Source of the DNA: an uncultured bacterium
Lineage (GTDB): Bacteria; Zixibacteria; MSB-5A5; GN15; FEB-12
Direction of reading: 5' to 3'
DNA length: 64,000 nucleotides
Assembly: GCA_965372795.1 (NCBI GenBank)
Contig: CBDVDR010000010.1
Span: 32,001-96,000 of the forward strand
Shown here piece by piece: positions 20,871-30,892 of this stretch (the first letter of the stretch is position 1; each line of letters starts with the position of its first letter). A program made the position numbers and the translations under genes. The notes beneath the pieces were generated by a model, which searched no databases, was not told where the DNA came from, and saw only the letters and a list, made by a program, of their open reading frames with translations.

Positions 20871-21702
20871 TACAAAGTCTATTTATAGATTCTAATTTTC
20901 CGATTACATCTTCTTGAGATCTCCTAAATTGATTATCTTCACTTAATTTTTTTATAGGGTAAAAATAGAAGCGCCATTTAATTTCAATATCATCGACACT
21001 ATCATAATTGAGAATCTTTTTAAAAATTTCAATCAAACCATTTAAATCTTCAAGTAATTTTGCAATATCATAATATAGTATTTTACTGTAATTATTTAAA
21101 TCTTCATTTTGTATATTTTCTATCGTCTTTAATGCTACTGAGTAAATCCCTGATAATTCATCTTTGTTAAATACATTATTAATGTTTGATTTTTTTATCT
21201 TTATAAGAAGGTGATTAACTTGCCTTGTAATTTGTAAAAAACTTGATGCGGGAAATGCAGGCAAACTATCTCTATATTTAATCAAAAAACTCAGAAATAA
21301 AGTAGATGGAATTAACAGTATAATTAAAATCTTAAATAATAATTCTGCCACTACTTCTAATAAACCTTGAAAAGATGTTAAACCAAAGATGTAGATATCT
21401 TCTTGAATACCTATATATCCACACATCAATAAATTTATAGTTAAAATAATAAACAACATTAACAAAGGTCTCATTATTTGACCTCTGAATGCAAAATAGC
21501 AATCCCTTTGAAAATGATTTATCAAAATATAGACAGTAAATAAAAAAATTATTGTAAAAGGAAGACTTAATGCAGGATTTAGATTGAATATCTCAATTTT
21601 TGAAATACCATAATAACTCATCATCACTGTTACAAGGCTAATTAAATATAGTCCCCACAACCGAAATCCTAAGTAGTAATCTAACGTAAGAAGTTTACCC
21701 AA
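20857..21702 (-). CDS. Membrane protein (about 4 N-terminal TM helices + helical soluble domain)
   Basis: Hydrophobic segments in first 140 aa; overlaps next ORF; TTG start uncertain. Confidence 0.7.
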   Translation of the reverse strand: MGKLLTLDYYLGFRLWGLYLISLVTVMMSYYGISKIEIFNLNPALSLPFTIIFLFTVYILINHFQRDCYFAFRGQIMRPLLMLFIILTINLLMCGYIGIQEDIYIFGLTSFQGLLEVVAELLFKILIILLIPSTLFLSFLIKYRDSLPAFPASSFLQITRQVNHLLIKIKKSNINNVFNKDELSGIYSVALKTIENIQNEDLNNYSKILYYDIAKLLEDLNGLIEIFKKILNYDSVDDIEIKWRFYFYPIKKLSEDNQFRRSQEDVIGKLESINRLCNGKY

Positions 21703-21915
21703 AGTATATCCCTGATTTCCTTTAAATAAAAATGAGTAATTTATTATTAACCTAAAATGGCATAATATGTCAATATATTAATAATTTTTAAAAACTGCAA
21801 TATTTACTAATTCTTATGTAAATCATGATAGATGCTGGTTAGTTGTATAGAAACGCACTCTAAGTCTCCCACAATTCTTAAGTAAACCTAATTCATATAG
21901 TATTTTTTATACTCG

Positions 21916-24318
21916 TCATATCACTGCCCTACTCTCATATAAAGATGCTTGGAAGCCTATGAATGTATCCCGAATTGAACTAATATCACCCAATTCTCGT
22001 TTCGCATCAGGAATCGCTTTGTATTTTAGAATCAATAGATCAGGAAGTTTCTTTACATCAAGCTCACTTACGCCAGATTCCACATACTGCTTTAAAACAA
22101 AATCCAAAAATATTCGCTGTTTGGATTCATAACCATCATAATGTGACTTTGCAAATTCCGCTCTTTGACTTCGTTTTACAGGATTGGTACTAAATGCCAC
22201 AAAAGACAACACATCATACAAATCACTATCTTCCGCATGAATCATTTGTTGTAAATCTTGTAATTGGTTTGGAGTAAAGCCATGCTCATTCAATTCTTGT
22301 AAGAGTTGTTTTCGAGTATCTGGGTTGCTCCAAATAGCACGTAATTCATCTTCATCCTTGAAAAAATCAGGCAAGGCATCAAACATTGACTTTAAAAATT
22401 CTTCTGCTGAGATAGGTTTCCCATCAGGACTCCAAAAAGATGTCTGCACCATAAAATCTAATTCACGTACTTTATTATCTGATAATTTAACTTTTATCAT
22501 CTTTCGAGGTGGCTGTTTATCACATTCACAAGGTGCTTTTCCGCAAAACTCACATCGTTCAGGTGGGTCAGTATCGCACACACAAGGTCTCTCACCACAT
22601 GTTTGGCATACTTTTGGAGGTTCGTCTACACAAATACATACAACCTTTCCGCATTTTTCACAGGGTAAAGCATCGCCATCCCATTCAGGATCAAAAAAAT
22701 GATAATGCGCTCCGACAAAATCATATATTGTAAAATAATCCTTACCCTCAAATAAGCGGGTTCCACGACCAATAATCTGCTTGAACTCGATCATCGAATT
22801 TACTTTACGCATGAGAATAATATTTTTAAGCTCAGGAGCATCTACACCGGTACTTAATTTCTGTGACGTTGTTAGAATCGTAGGGATGATTTTCTCGTTA
22901 TCCTGAAAATCCCGTAAATGCTGTTCACCCCGCTTGGCATCATCAGCTGTAACTCTATGGCAATAGTTAGGATTGGTGCTGACAGACTGTTGGTTGATCA
23001 AATTTCGAACCCCAAGAGCATGTAGCTGGGTGTCACAAAACACAATCGTCTTTTGGTTTTGATTCATCATTTCCAAAAACAGTTTTACCCTATACTTTTC
23101 CCGTTCCATTATTTCAATCACACGATTCATTTCATTCTCGGTGTAAATCTTTTCCTTATCAATCTTACCCTCTAATATTATATCATCAGAAGTATAGATA
23201 TAATCATCAACTGTCGTACGTATCTGCTTCACTCTAAATGGTGTCAGAAAACCGTCATTGATTCCTTCTTTGAGAGAATAAATATAGACAGGTTCACCGA
23301 AATACTTATAAGTATCAATATTCTTATCCCGCTTTGGAGTTGCCGTAAGACCTAACTGCACTGCGGGACTAAAATATTCCATAATCGCTCGCCAGGTGCT
23401 TTCATCATTGGCACCACCACGATGACACTCATCTATAACGATAAAATCAAAATAATCTTTTGGGTATTCTCCAAAGTATGGTTCGCCATTATCACCGCTC
23501 ATAAAGGTTTGGAAGATTGTAAAGAAAATAGAACCGTTGGTAGGCACTTTCCCTTTTTTACGAATATCGTCTGGGCGGATTCGCACCAAAGCATCTTCTT
23601 CAAAGGAAGAGAAAGCATTAAAAGCCTGGTCTGCTAAAATATTTCTATCTGCTAAAAACAATATACGAGGAAGCCGCTTACCATCTCTTCGTAAATTCCA
23701 TCTACTATGGAATAATTTCCAGGCAATCTGAAAAGCAATTGCGGTTTTTCCTGTTCCGGTAGCAAGAGTAAGCAGTATACGATTTTCACCTTTAGCAATA
23801 GCTTCCAATGCTTTTGTAATGGCATTTTCCTGATAGTAGCGAGGTTGCCAGGTGCCACCCCGATCTTCAAAGGGAACCGTATGTAATTTATCCCGCCATT
23901 CTCCTGCTTCTTTATTGATGCTATCTTCTTCGGCAAAGGTCATCGCCCACAATTCATCTGGTGATGGAAATTTATCTACATCCGCTTCTTTACCTTCCAG
24001 CATATCGATACCATAAATCTTCAACCCGTTACTGCTGTAAGTATAGCGTACCTGTAACCTGCCAGCATAATCTTTGGCTTGCCCAACCCCTTCGGTATAA
24101 GGTTTTTCATCAGACTTAGCTTCAATAACTGCAAGATTACGGTTTTTATATTGTAAGACATAGTCGGCAAAGTCAGGTTTACTTCGTTTCCCGTTTCCGA
24201 TTAAACGACCCTTTGAGATAGGGAACTCCATGCGGATACGAGATCCATCCACAACACCCCATCCTGCTTGTTTTAAGGCTGGGTCAATATAGGTTGCTTT
24301 AGTTTCCGCTTCGTTCAT
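21916..24318 (-). CDS. hsdR: Type I restriction enzyme R subunit (EcoAI/EcoEI-like)
   Basis: ADYVL..VIEAK nuclease motif, ATGTGKT, DECHRG, LTATP, QIIGRGTR, EcoEI-type C-terminus. Confidence 0.95.
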   Translation of the reverse strand: MNEAETKATYIDPALKQAGWGVVDGSRIRMEFPISKGRLIGNGKRSKPDFADYVLQYKNRNLAVIEAKSDEKPYTEGVGQAKDYAGRLQVRYTYSSNGLKIYGIDMLEGKEADVDKFPSPDELWAMTFAEEDSINKEAGEWRDKLHTVPFEDRGGTWQPRYYQENAITKALEAIAKGENRILLTLATGTGKTAIAFQIAWKLFHSRWNLRRDGKRLPRILFLADRNILADQAFNAFSSFEEDALVRIRPDDIRKKGKVPTNGSIFFTIFQTFMSGDNGEPYFGEYPKDYFDFIVIDECHRGGANDESTWRAIMEYFSPAVQLGLTATPKRDKNIDTYKYFGEPVYIYSLKEGINDGFLTPFRVKQIRTTVDDYIYTSDDIILEGKIDKEKIYTENEMNRVIEIMEREKYRVKLFLEMMNQNQKTIVFCDTQLHALGVRNLINQQSVSTNPNYCHRVTADDAKRGEQHLRDFQDNEKIIPTILTTSQKLSTGVDAPELKNIILMRKVNSMIEFKQIIGRGTRLFEGKDYFTIYDFVGAHYHFFDPEWDGDALPCEKCGKVVCICVDEPPKVCQTCGERPCVCDTDPPERCEFCGKAPCECDKQPPRKMIKVKLSDNKVRELDFMVQTSFWSPDGKPISAEEFLKSMFDALPDFFKDEDELRAIWSNPDTRKQLLQELNEHGFTPNQLQDLQQMIHAEDSDLYDVLSFVAFSTNPVKRSQRAEFAKSHYDGYESKQRIFLDFVLKQYVESGVSELDVKKLPDLLILKYKAIPDAKRELGDISSIRDTFIGFQASLYESRAVI

Positions 24319-24319
24319 G

Positions 24320-25213
24320 TTAAAATAAATCCATTAGTTCTTTTGCGGATATTAATTTCTCATAAGTAGTATATTTTATGCTTTGCATCAATCCTTTTGG
24401 TGCTTTGCTATATTCTAATGGTCCAATTGGTTTTGCTGGAGCCACAAAATTCAATCGATATTTCCCCCCATCACCATAAGGCTCAATCGATTCGACTTCA
24501 GCAAAATGAGTAACTGCAGATATTGGTGCGGTCTGATATACCGCTATATACTTAATTTCACCAAGTCTACCACCACCAATTCTAATTGCGTACCAACAGT
24601 GTTCCCTAAGAAATACTTCTTTGAATCCATCTTCTTGAGCGGGTACTACAATTGTATCCTGAATACTTTTTTCTTCAATCGGCAGATTAGGTACCACATC
24701 TATTTTCGTGGCTTTTTCAAATACTCTTATTTCAACCAATGGTAATATACTCAAAATTTCATTTAGAAATTCTTGTGTATCAGCCTTTTCAGACTCAGTA
24801 AGAATTGGTTCATTTGGTGTAGTTGAGTTGTTTAATTTACATCGACTTGCATTTTTTGCTTGTTGAATAAGTGCCCATTCAAGCCAAGTAATGTGCGCTC
24901 GGTTTAGACCACCATTGCTTGAAACGAATACCAGAACTTTGTTCCAAAATTTCTTATTCTTACTGTGATCTTCTATTCGTTTCTTAATTCCATCACCTTG
25001 CCCCACATAAATAGTTGGGAAGTCATCCTCTTCCTCATAGCCAGCTAAGATATAGATACCCGCTTCATCAAGCTCTTTTCTATTCTTATATTTATCCCAT
25101 GCTGCACGAGATATTTCCAGACCGATACCTGTCCAGTTCATCTTGGTAATCATCTTGAAATCTTGCGGGTCTCCATCGGGTACAAATAAACGAATAGTAT
25201 AAGGTTTAGCCAT
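24320..25213 (-). CDS. GIY-YIG nuclease-family protein (DUF4357-like N-terminus) with C-terminal beta domain
   Basis: AGIYIL...IYVGQG..RI..H, WLEWALI; probable start MAKPYTIRLF at 25213. Confidence 0.8.
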   Translation of the reverse strand: MAKPYTIRLFVPDGDPQDFKMITKMNWTGIGLEISRAAWDKYKNRKELDEAGIYILAGYEEEDDFPTIYVGQGDGIKKRIEDHSKNKKFWNKVLVFVSSNGGLNRAHITWLEWALIQQAKNASRCKLNNSTTPNEPILTESEKADTQEFLNEILSILPLVEIRVFEKATKIDVVPNLPIEEKSIQDTIVVPAQEDGFKEVFLREHCWYAIRIGGGRLGEIKYIAVYQTAPISAVTHFAEVESIEPYGDGGKYRLNFVAPAKPIGPLEYSKAPKGLMQSIKYTTYEKLISAKELMDLF

Positions 25214-25268
25214 GCGTCTTAATCCTTTCTTGTTTCCTAAGAGCCAATTGCTCTGGTTCCCGCATCGT

Positions 25269-25793
25269 TCATTTCGGCAATTTCCGATCGCCATTCACAC
25301 AGAGTATGGGGTTATGAGTTGTCAGTCTGAAATCTTTCCAGCGTATCTTTTTTGGTATTGGTAGTTCTATATTTAGATATTTCTCGTATGTGTTTCTCGC
25401 ACGAAGAAAAATCCATTCCGATTCAGCCAATTCGATTCCCATTGTTCTAACTTTGTCTCTTAACTTGGGAATGTGGGTTATCAAATACTGTTCGTTTGCC
25501 TGGTTATTTCTAATCCGTTTTGGTTCATCCAATATATCTATTAGGAAAATACCCTGCTGTTTTAGTTCAACCAAGAACTTGTCATACTCCTCTATTGATT
25601 CCGGTCGCTTGTCAAAATAGTGATTAAATATAGTAGAAGGTAAGCTCGTGTCATCTTCAATTTTCTTACCAATAGCAAGCTTTTGTGGAACATAAAAGAA
25701 TGTTCTCCCACTTGATGGCGGAGCTTCACCGATCAACAGAGTTTTAATCACTTCTGGTCTGTATTTATTCCTCTCTCGTTCGTAATCAATCAT
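25269..25793 (-). CDS. Hypothetical protein, uracil-DNA glycosylase-superfamily-like
   Basis: LLIGEAPP..G..FFY and IFLID resemble UDG-fold motifs. Confidence 0.5.
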   Translation of the reverse strand: MIDYERERNKYRPEVIKTLLIGEAPPSSGRTFFYVPQKLAIGKKIEDDTSLPSTIFNHYFDKRPESIEEYDKFLVELKQQGIFLIDILDEPKRIRNNQANEQYLITHIPKLRDKVRTMGIELAESEWIFLRARNTYEKYLNIELPIPKKIRWKDFRLTTHNPILCVNGDRKLPK

Positions 25794-25820
25794 ACAATTA
25801 TGATTTCCCCTCAGATAGTC

Positions 25821-26981
25821 TCATGCTACTGCTCCTTCTGCTGTGGTCAGTTCGCCGTTGAATGCTTTTTGCAGGATAGATTTTTTCAAATCGTCTAATG
25901 AATCTAATTCTTTTTCGTATTGAGATTCAAGGACTTCGGTTTGTTTTTTTAAAATTTCAAGTTTTTCAATAATTTTTAATTGTGCATTCACTTTAGGAAA
26001 TGAGATAAAATAATTTTCAATAAACTCTTTTGATACACGTTTATGACCAACAGCACCGGTCATTACCATTTTTCCTTCTACTCTAAACTGATCTCTCGAA
26101 AGAAAGTAAAAAAGAAAATCAGACTTAATATCACCTAATGATCGAAAGACGATATATTCACTTGAACCAAATCCAATCCCATTTACTAAGTTACGTGCCA
26201 CACCAAGTTTTCCATTTTCAAAACAAGGCGTTATTTTTGCCATTAAAACATCATCATCTGCAAAATACGTATAACTTCCTGCAACTTCATTTAATTTTTT
26301 TTGCTGAGCAATAGGGATGTCTTTTTGTAATACCTTTAAATCAGTCATTGGTAGAAATGTCACCATATCTGATTGATTTAGTTTATCTTTTGCTTCTTTT
26401 TTCGGTGGTTTAATGAGAAACACTTCCCCTAACTTCTTTTCCACCCAACCGTCACCTTTTTGGGTGAAGATTTGGTTCAGTTCGCTTTGGAAGAGGTCTT
26501 TAGTGTTTTGCAGGTTGCGTTCTACATTGGCTTTGGCTTTGTCGATTGCTTCAAAGCATCTGTCCAATATGGCAACAATGCGTTTCTGTTCAGGAAGAAG
26601 TGGGATTAAAGTTTCAATTGCATAAACATCATTCCTGTTAATTCCCGGTTTTACACCTTTGGCAAGAGCTGGAAGTTCAAGTAAAGACAGCAGGTGATAC
26701 AAGAAATTAAGATTCAGTTCAGTTTTGTCAAACTTGACAAAGTAGGTAACATCAAGCGGCCAGAACTTTTCTTCTGTATAGTTGATTTCACCTGCTGATC
26801 CTTTTCTTCCAACAATAATGCTTGGTTCATCTGAATAATACTCGTTGGTTCTATCCTTAACACCATTCGCACCATAGACTGGATACAATCCTTCCGATGT
26901 TCGTTTATCTTTTGAAAGAGGCTTCCCATACTCTAACGAGAGGATATCTCCAATCTTTTTGCTTTCCCAACTCTGTTTCAT
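25821..26981 (-). CDS. hsdS: Type I R-M specificity subunit
   Basis: Two TRDs, PEQKRIVAILD and LKKSILQKAFNGEL conserved helices. Confidence 0.95.
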   Translation of the reverse strand: MKQSWESKKIGDILSLEYGKPLSKDKRTSEGLYPVYGANGVKDRTNEYYSDEPSIIVGRKGSAGEINYTEEKFWPLDVTYFVKFDKTELNLNFLYHLLSLLELPALAKGVKPGINRNDVYAIETLIPLLPEQKRIVAILDRCFEAIDKAKANVERNLQNTKDLFQSELNQIFTQKGDGWVEKKLGEVFLIKPPKKEAKDKLNQSDMVTFLPMTDLKVLQKDIPIAQQKKLNEVAGSYTYFADDDVLMAKITPCFENGKLGVARNLVNGIGFGSSEYIVFRSLGDIKSDFLFYFLSRDQFRVEGKMVMTGAVGHKRVSKEFIENYFISFPKVNAQLKIIEKLEILKKQTEVLESQYEKELDSLDDLKKSILQKAFNGELTTAEGAVA

Positions 26982-28435
26982 AGCAACTCTTTAATACTTT
27001 CTAAAATCTCTTTGGTCTCGTTGTCCAGCGTTGCCATCTCAGTCAATATTTCCTTTGGACTTCGTAATGGTGCCTCTTCTGGTGTATTTGGGTTTTTCAC
27101 ACTTAGATCATAGGTTTCAGTGTTGATATTGGCAATATTCACGCTCCAACATCTTTCATTCTCCGGTTTACTCTTTTGCAGTTTTACAAACTCTGCCATA
27201 TCATTATCATTGAGCGGATTGGTCTTGCCCATATTGCGACCCGGATCAAGCTGGTAGTACCAAATCTTCTTGGTCGGTTCACCTTTGTTAAAAAACAGTA
27301 CTACCGTTTTCACACCTGCCCCTAAAAACGTCCCACCTGGCATATCTAAAATTGTATGCAGGTTACAGTTTTCCAGTAGATGTTTCCTCAGAGAGATAGA
27401 GGCATTGTCGGTATTGCTCAAGAATGTATTTTTGATAACTATCCCGGCACGACCGCCGGCTTTGAGGGTTTTGATAAAGTGCTGCAAAAACAGAAAAGCG
27501 GTCTCACTGGTTTTAATATTAAAATTCTGCTGAACTTCTTTGTGCTCTTTAGCACCAAAGGGTGGGTTTGCCATTATCACTTTGTATCTATCTTTTTCCT
27601 GAATATCCCGAATGTTCTCACTTAGAGTATTTGTGTGGCTAATATTGGGGGCCTCTATGCCATGAAGAATCATATTCATAATACCGATGATATACGCCAG
27701 ATTTTTCTTTTCCTTACCGTAGAAGGTTTTTTCCTGAAGAGTTTTTAAATCGGTAGTGGATAATGAATCTCTGTCCTTTGTCATATGAGCGAAGGCTTCA
27801 CACAGGAAGCCTGCTGAACCCACCGCACCATCATAGATGGTTTCCCCTATCTGTGGGTTTACAACCTCAATGATAGCCCTAATAAGTGGTCTGGGAGTGT
27901 AATACTGCCCGCCGTTACGCCCGGCATTACCCATATTCTTAATTTTACTCTCATAGAGATGCGAAAGCTCGTGCTTGTCTTTAGTCGTTCGAAATTGTAT
28001 TTCATCGATATGATCTATGATTTCACGGAGATTATAACCGCTTTGTATTTTGTTTTTGAGTTCAGAGAATATTTCACCAATTTTATATTCGATAGTTTTT
28101 GAATTGTCAGCCTTTTCTTTGAATTTTGAGAGATATGGGAAAAGTTTGCCGTTGACAAACTGAACCAAATCGGGACCACTCATAGCTTTGTGATGATCGA
28201 GTTTACCATCGGATGTTTTTGGCATCGCCCAGTTTGCCCAGCGGTATTCTTCATCTAATATGAAAGTGTATTTTTTACCCTTAAGTTCGGCTGAATCTTT
28301 CTTATCGAGTTCCAGATCATCCAGATACCGCAAAAACAAAATCCATGAGGTTTGCCCGATATAGTCTAACTCACTATCGGCACCAGCGTCTTTATAAAGG
28401 ACATCATCAATATTTTTAAAAGTCTGTTCAAACAT
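26978..28435 (-). CDS. hsdM: Type I R-M N6-adenine methyltransferase
   Basis: GQYYTPR, DGAVGSAGFL, ANPPF; ATG 28435 with AGGAG RBS; overlaps hsdS start. Confidence 0.95.
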   Translation of the reverse strand: MFEQTFKNIDDVLYKDAGADSELDYIGQTSWILFLRYLDDLELDKKDSAELKGKKYTFILDEEYRWANWAMPKTSDGKLDHHKAMSGPDLVQFVNGKLFPYLSKFKEKADNSKTIEYKIGEIFSELKNKIQSGYNLREIIDHIDEIQFRTTKDKHELSHLYESKIKNMGNAGRNGGQYYTPRPLIRAIIEVVNPQIGETIYDGAVGSAGFLCEAFAHMTKDRDSLSTTDLKTLQEKTFYGKEKKNLAYIIGIMNMILHGIEAPNISHTNTLSENIRDIQEKDRYKVIMANPPFGAKEHKEVQQNFNIKTSETAFLFLQHFIKTLKAGGRAGIVIKNTFLSNTDNASISLRKHLLENCNLHTILDMPGGTFLGAGVKTVVLFFNKGEPTKKIWYYQLDPGRNMGKTNPLNDNDMAEFVKLQKSKPENERCWSVNIANINTETYDLSVKNPNTPEEAPLRSPKEILTEMATLDNETKEILESIKELL

Positions 28436-28682
28436 TCGATGCAACTCCTAATAGCTTATGATATGATTACTGTCTGAATTATTTCACCCACAGCGTTCAA
28501 TTGTTTACATTTAATTAGATTTCGAGCCTTTCAAAGACCTTTCCCCTAAGTTGTTGTTACGTTTCAAATAATATGATAAATATATCATTGTATGTCAAAT
28601 GAATAAGAATACGATTGATTTTGAAGATTTACATGCCTATTTTTAAAATATTAAGTAAATAGATAAATTAACGGAGGATTTA

Positions 28683-29144
28683 GTGGGCTTGATTGATTCA
28701 AAGAAATTTGGTCTAAATCCAATAATTGATTCAAATACTAAAGTAATGATTTTGGGATCGTTACCTGGAGATGAATCTATTAGATTACAAGAATACTATG
28801 CTAACAATAATAATGACTTCTGGAAGTTAACCAGTCATGCTATTAGTGAAGATATTACTAAATTTAGCTATAAAGAAAAAATACAAAAACTATTAAAAAA
28901 CAATATTGGTTTGTGGGATGTTTTTAAATTAGCTAATCGACCAGGAAGCTTGGATTCAGATATAAATTATGAAGAAATTAACGATTTCAAATGGCTTAAG
29001 AATAATTATCCTAAAATTAAATTAATTTCCTTTAATGGCAAAAAAGCCGGAAAATATACGAGAGCTTTAAATGATATTGGCTATGAAACAATAGTCATCC
29101 CATCTTCAAGTTGTGCAAAAATAAAAATAAAAAATCGTGCATAA
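28683..29144 (+). CDS. DNA-deoxyinosine (hypoxanthine) glycosylase, UDG superfamily; possibly truncated at C-terminus
   Basis: ILGSLPG..S...YY...NDFW, GLWDV, FNGKKA, PSSS motifs. Confidence 0.85.
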   Translation: MGLIDSKKFGLNPIIDSNTKVMILGSLPGDESIRLQEYYANNNNDFWKLTSHAISEDITKFSYKEKIQKLLKNNIGLWDVFKLANRPGSLDSDINYEEINDFKWLKNNYPKIKLISFNGKKAGKYTRALNDIGYETIVIPSSSCAKIKIKNRA

Positions 29145-29210
29145 ATTTGGCAATCATCAATCAGTTTAATAAAATAATTTCTTAAAATCATAGATATCTT
29201 TAATTGAATC

Positions 29211-30587
29211 ATGGATGAGAAAAACAAAAACAAATCTTCCATAGCTGAATCTGAAAATTACAGACAAGTATACGCATATCTATTAGGTACAGGGGAATCA
29301 CCACTATCATCTGTTAAAAGTGTAGTTATTACTGCAAAACGATTTGATTTAAAGCTTAATATCACAGGTGAAAAAGGATCTGTTTATAATCGAATAATTA
29401 CGCTTCTGAAAAAAAATAAGTTGCAATTTACTGAAATAGAATATTCTCCGAAGATACGAAACAAACCGGATGAGTGGTATTGTGATACTGATAATACAAG
29501 TTTGCATATTTGGGTGCCAGAATCAAAACATCGTATTGCAGACATTGGACTTTTGGTTTCGTTTTATATTAATTATCATCTTACCAAACTTAGAGAGAAC
29601 GTAACTGATTTCCCAAAACCAAAAATTGACATCTTGTACTTATTACTATTAATGGAAATTTTCGCTGATACAAATGAAAAATCTTTGAGCAATAGATTGT
29701 TTAGAGATTTACTTAATTCTGAAAACAATTCTGTTATTTCTGTTTCAAACAATATAGATACTTACTACAACGAAATGCATGCTGTTAATGGCATAGCAAA
29801 AAATTTATCTGAGTACACTCTGTTATATCTTGGATTTACTTCAGATTATGACCTTATGAAAGAACTGATTGCTAATTCTCATTTAAAGGATCATCCTCTA
29901 AATAAAAATTTTAAGTCCTTCATATTACCTGATGTCAAATATGTCTGGTATCTTAAATCAAGCGAATGGGATGTAGATAGCCTTAGGCTGATTCTCCAAA
30001 ATTCAGTTTATCTCAACTCTATTAAGAATCAACAAATCCCCGAGAAACAGAAAGAATGTTTGGTCTTAAGACTCAAAGGATTACCGGAAGATAAAATAGC
30101 AGATCAGTTAGGATTCGAAACATTTGATGAATATCAAACTTGGCTCAATAAGAATCATCTTTCTATAACACCGTTACAAAAAGAGAATCAATATCAACTT
30201 TGGCTTGAAGCATGCGACTATTTTGAGATTGAGCCAGATCTTGTTGATGTAGGAATAGAAGATTCTTGTGCTATAGAAAATCCAATCCAATATGATACAG
30301 AGGGATCTTCCCCAAATTTTAGAATAGGTCTGGGATTTAGCTCATTTTTCATCGAAGGAAAAGGTTCTTTCTCTCTTACACCAAGACAATCTGATGTTTT
30401 AAGAATATTATATGAAGGATATTTAGATAAAACATATGACATACACCAAAGTATTATAATCCAAGAAGTTTATGGTGAGGTTTCTGAAACCAGCTTAAAA
30501 AAACTATTTGGTTATAATACTGTTTGGGATTTATTGATTGAACCTGGTAAACGAAAAGGCCAGTTTCGTTTAAAAGATCTATTCTAA
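29211..30587 (+). CDS. Hypothetical protein with internal HTH and C-terminal winged-HTH
   Basis: IPEKQKECLVLRLKGLPEDKIADQLG; LTPRQSDVLRIL...GQFRL. Confidence 0.55.
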   Translation: MDEKNKNKSSIAESENYRQVYAYLLGTGESPLSSVKSVVITAKRFDLKLNITGEKGSVYNRIITLLKKNKLQFTEIEYSPKIRNKPDEWYCDTDNTSLHIWVPESKHRIADIGLLVSFYINYHLTKLRENVTDFPKPKIDILYLLLLMEIFADTNEKSLSNRLFRDLLNSENNSVISVSNNIDTYYNEMHAVNGIAKNLSEYTLLYLGFTSDYDLMKELIANSHLKDHPLNKNFKSFILPDVKYVWYLKSSEWDVDSLRLILQNSVYLNSIKNQQIPEKQKECLVLRLKGLPEDKIADQLGFETFDEYQTWLNKNHLSITPLQKENQYQLWLEACDYFEIEPDLVDVGIEDSCAIENPIQYDTEGSSPNFRIGLGFSSFFIEGKGSFSLTPRQSDVLRILYEGYLDKTYDIHQSIIIQEVYGEVSETSLKKLFGYNTVWDLLIEPGKRKGQFRLKDLF

Positions 30588-30679
30588 ATAAGTAAATCAC
30601 CTACTAAACTCCCTTATTATTTTTAAAATCACTATATATACCCCCACTTAGCTCCCAATAACAATTCATTTATTGGAGC

Positions 30680-30892
30680 ATGCTATATAAGACAACTGAT
30701 AATCCAAGTAACAAAGAACAACAGACTGATAGAAGTGAGCATTGCATTGAGTCTAAGAAAATAATATTTCTTGGTAAGAAAATGACTACTAATGAATATC
30801 AGGAATCATGTCGTAATTTAGAAGAATTTTTTAAGATTCTCATAAAATGGCAAAAGAAGGAGGGTCTTAATGAAAAAGAAACGAACTTATGA
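30680..30892 (+). CDS. Small hypothetical protein of mobile module
   Basis: GGAG RBS, overlaps next ORF. Confidence 0.5.
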   Translation: MLYKTTDNPSNKEQQTDRSEHCIESKKIIFLGKKMTTNEYQESCRNLEEFFKILIKWQKKEGLNEKETNL

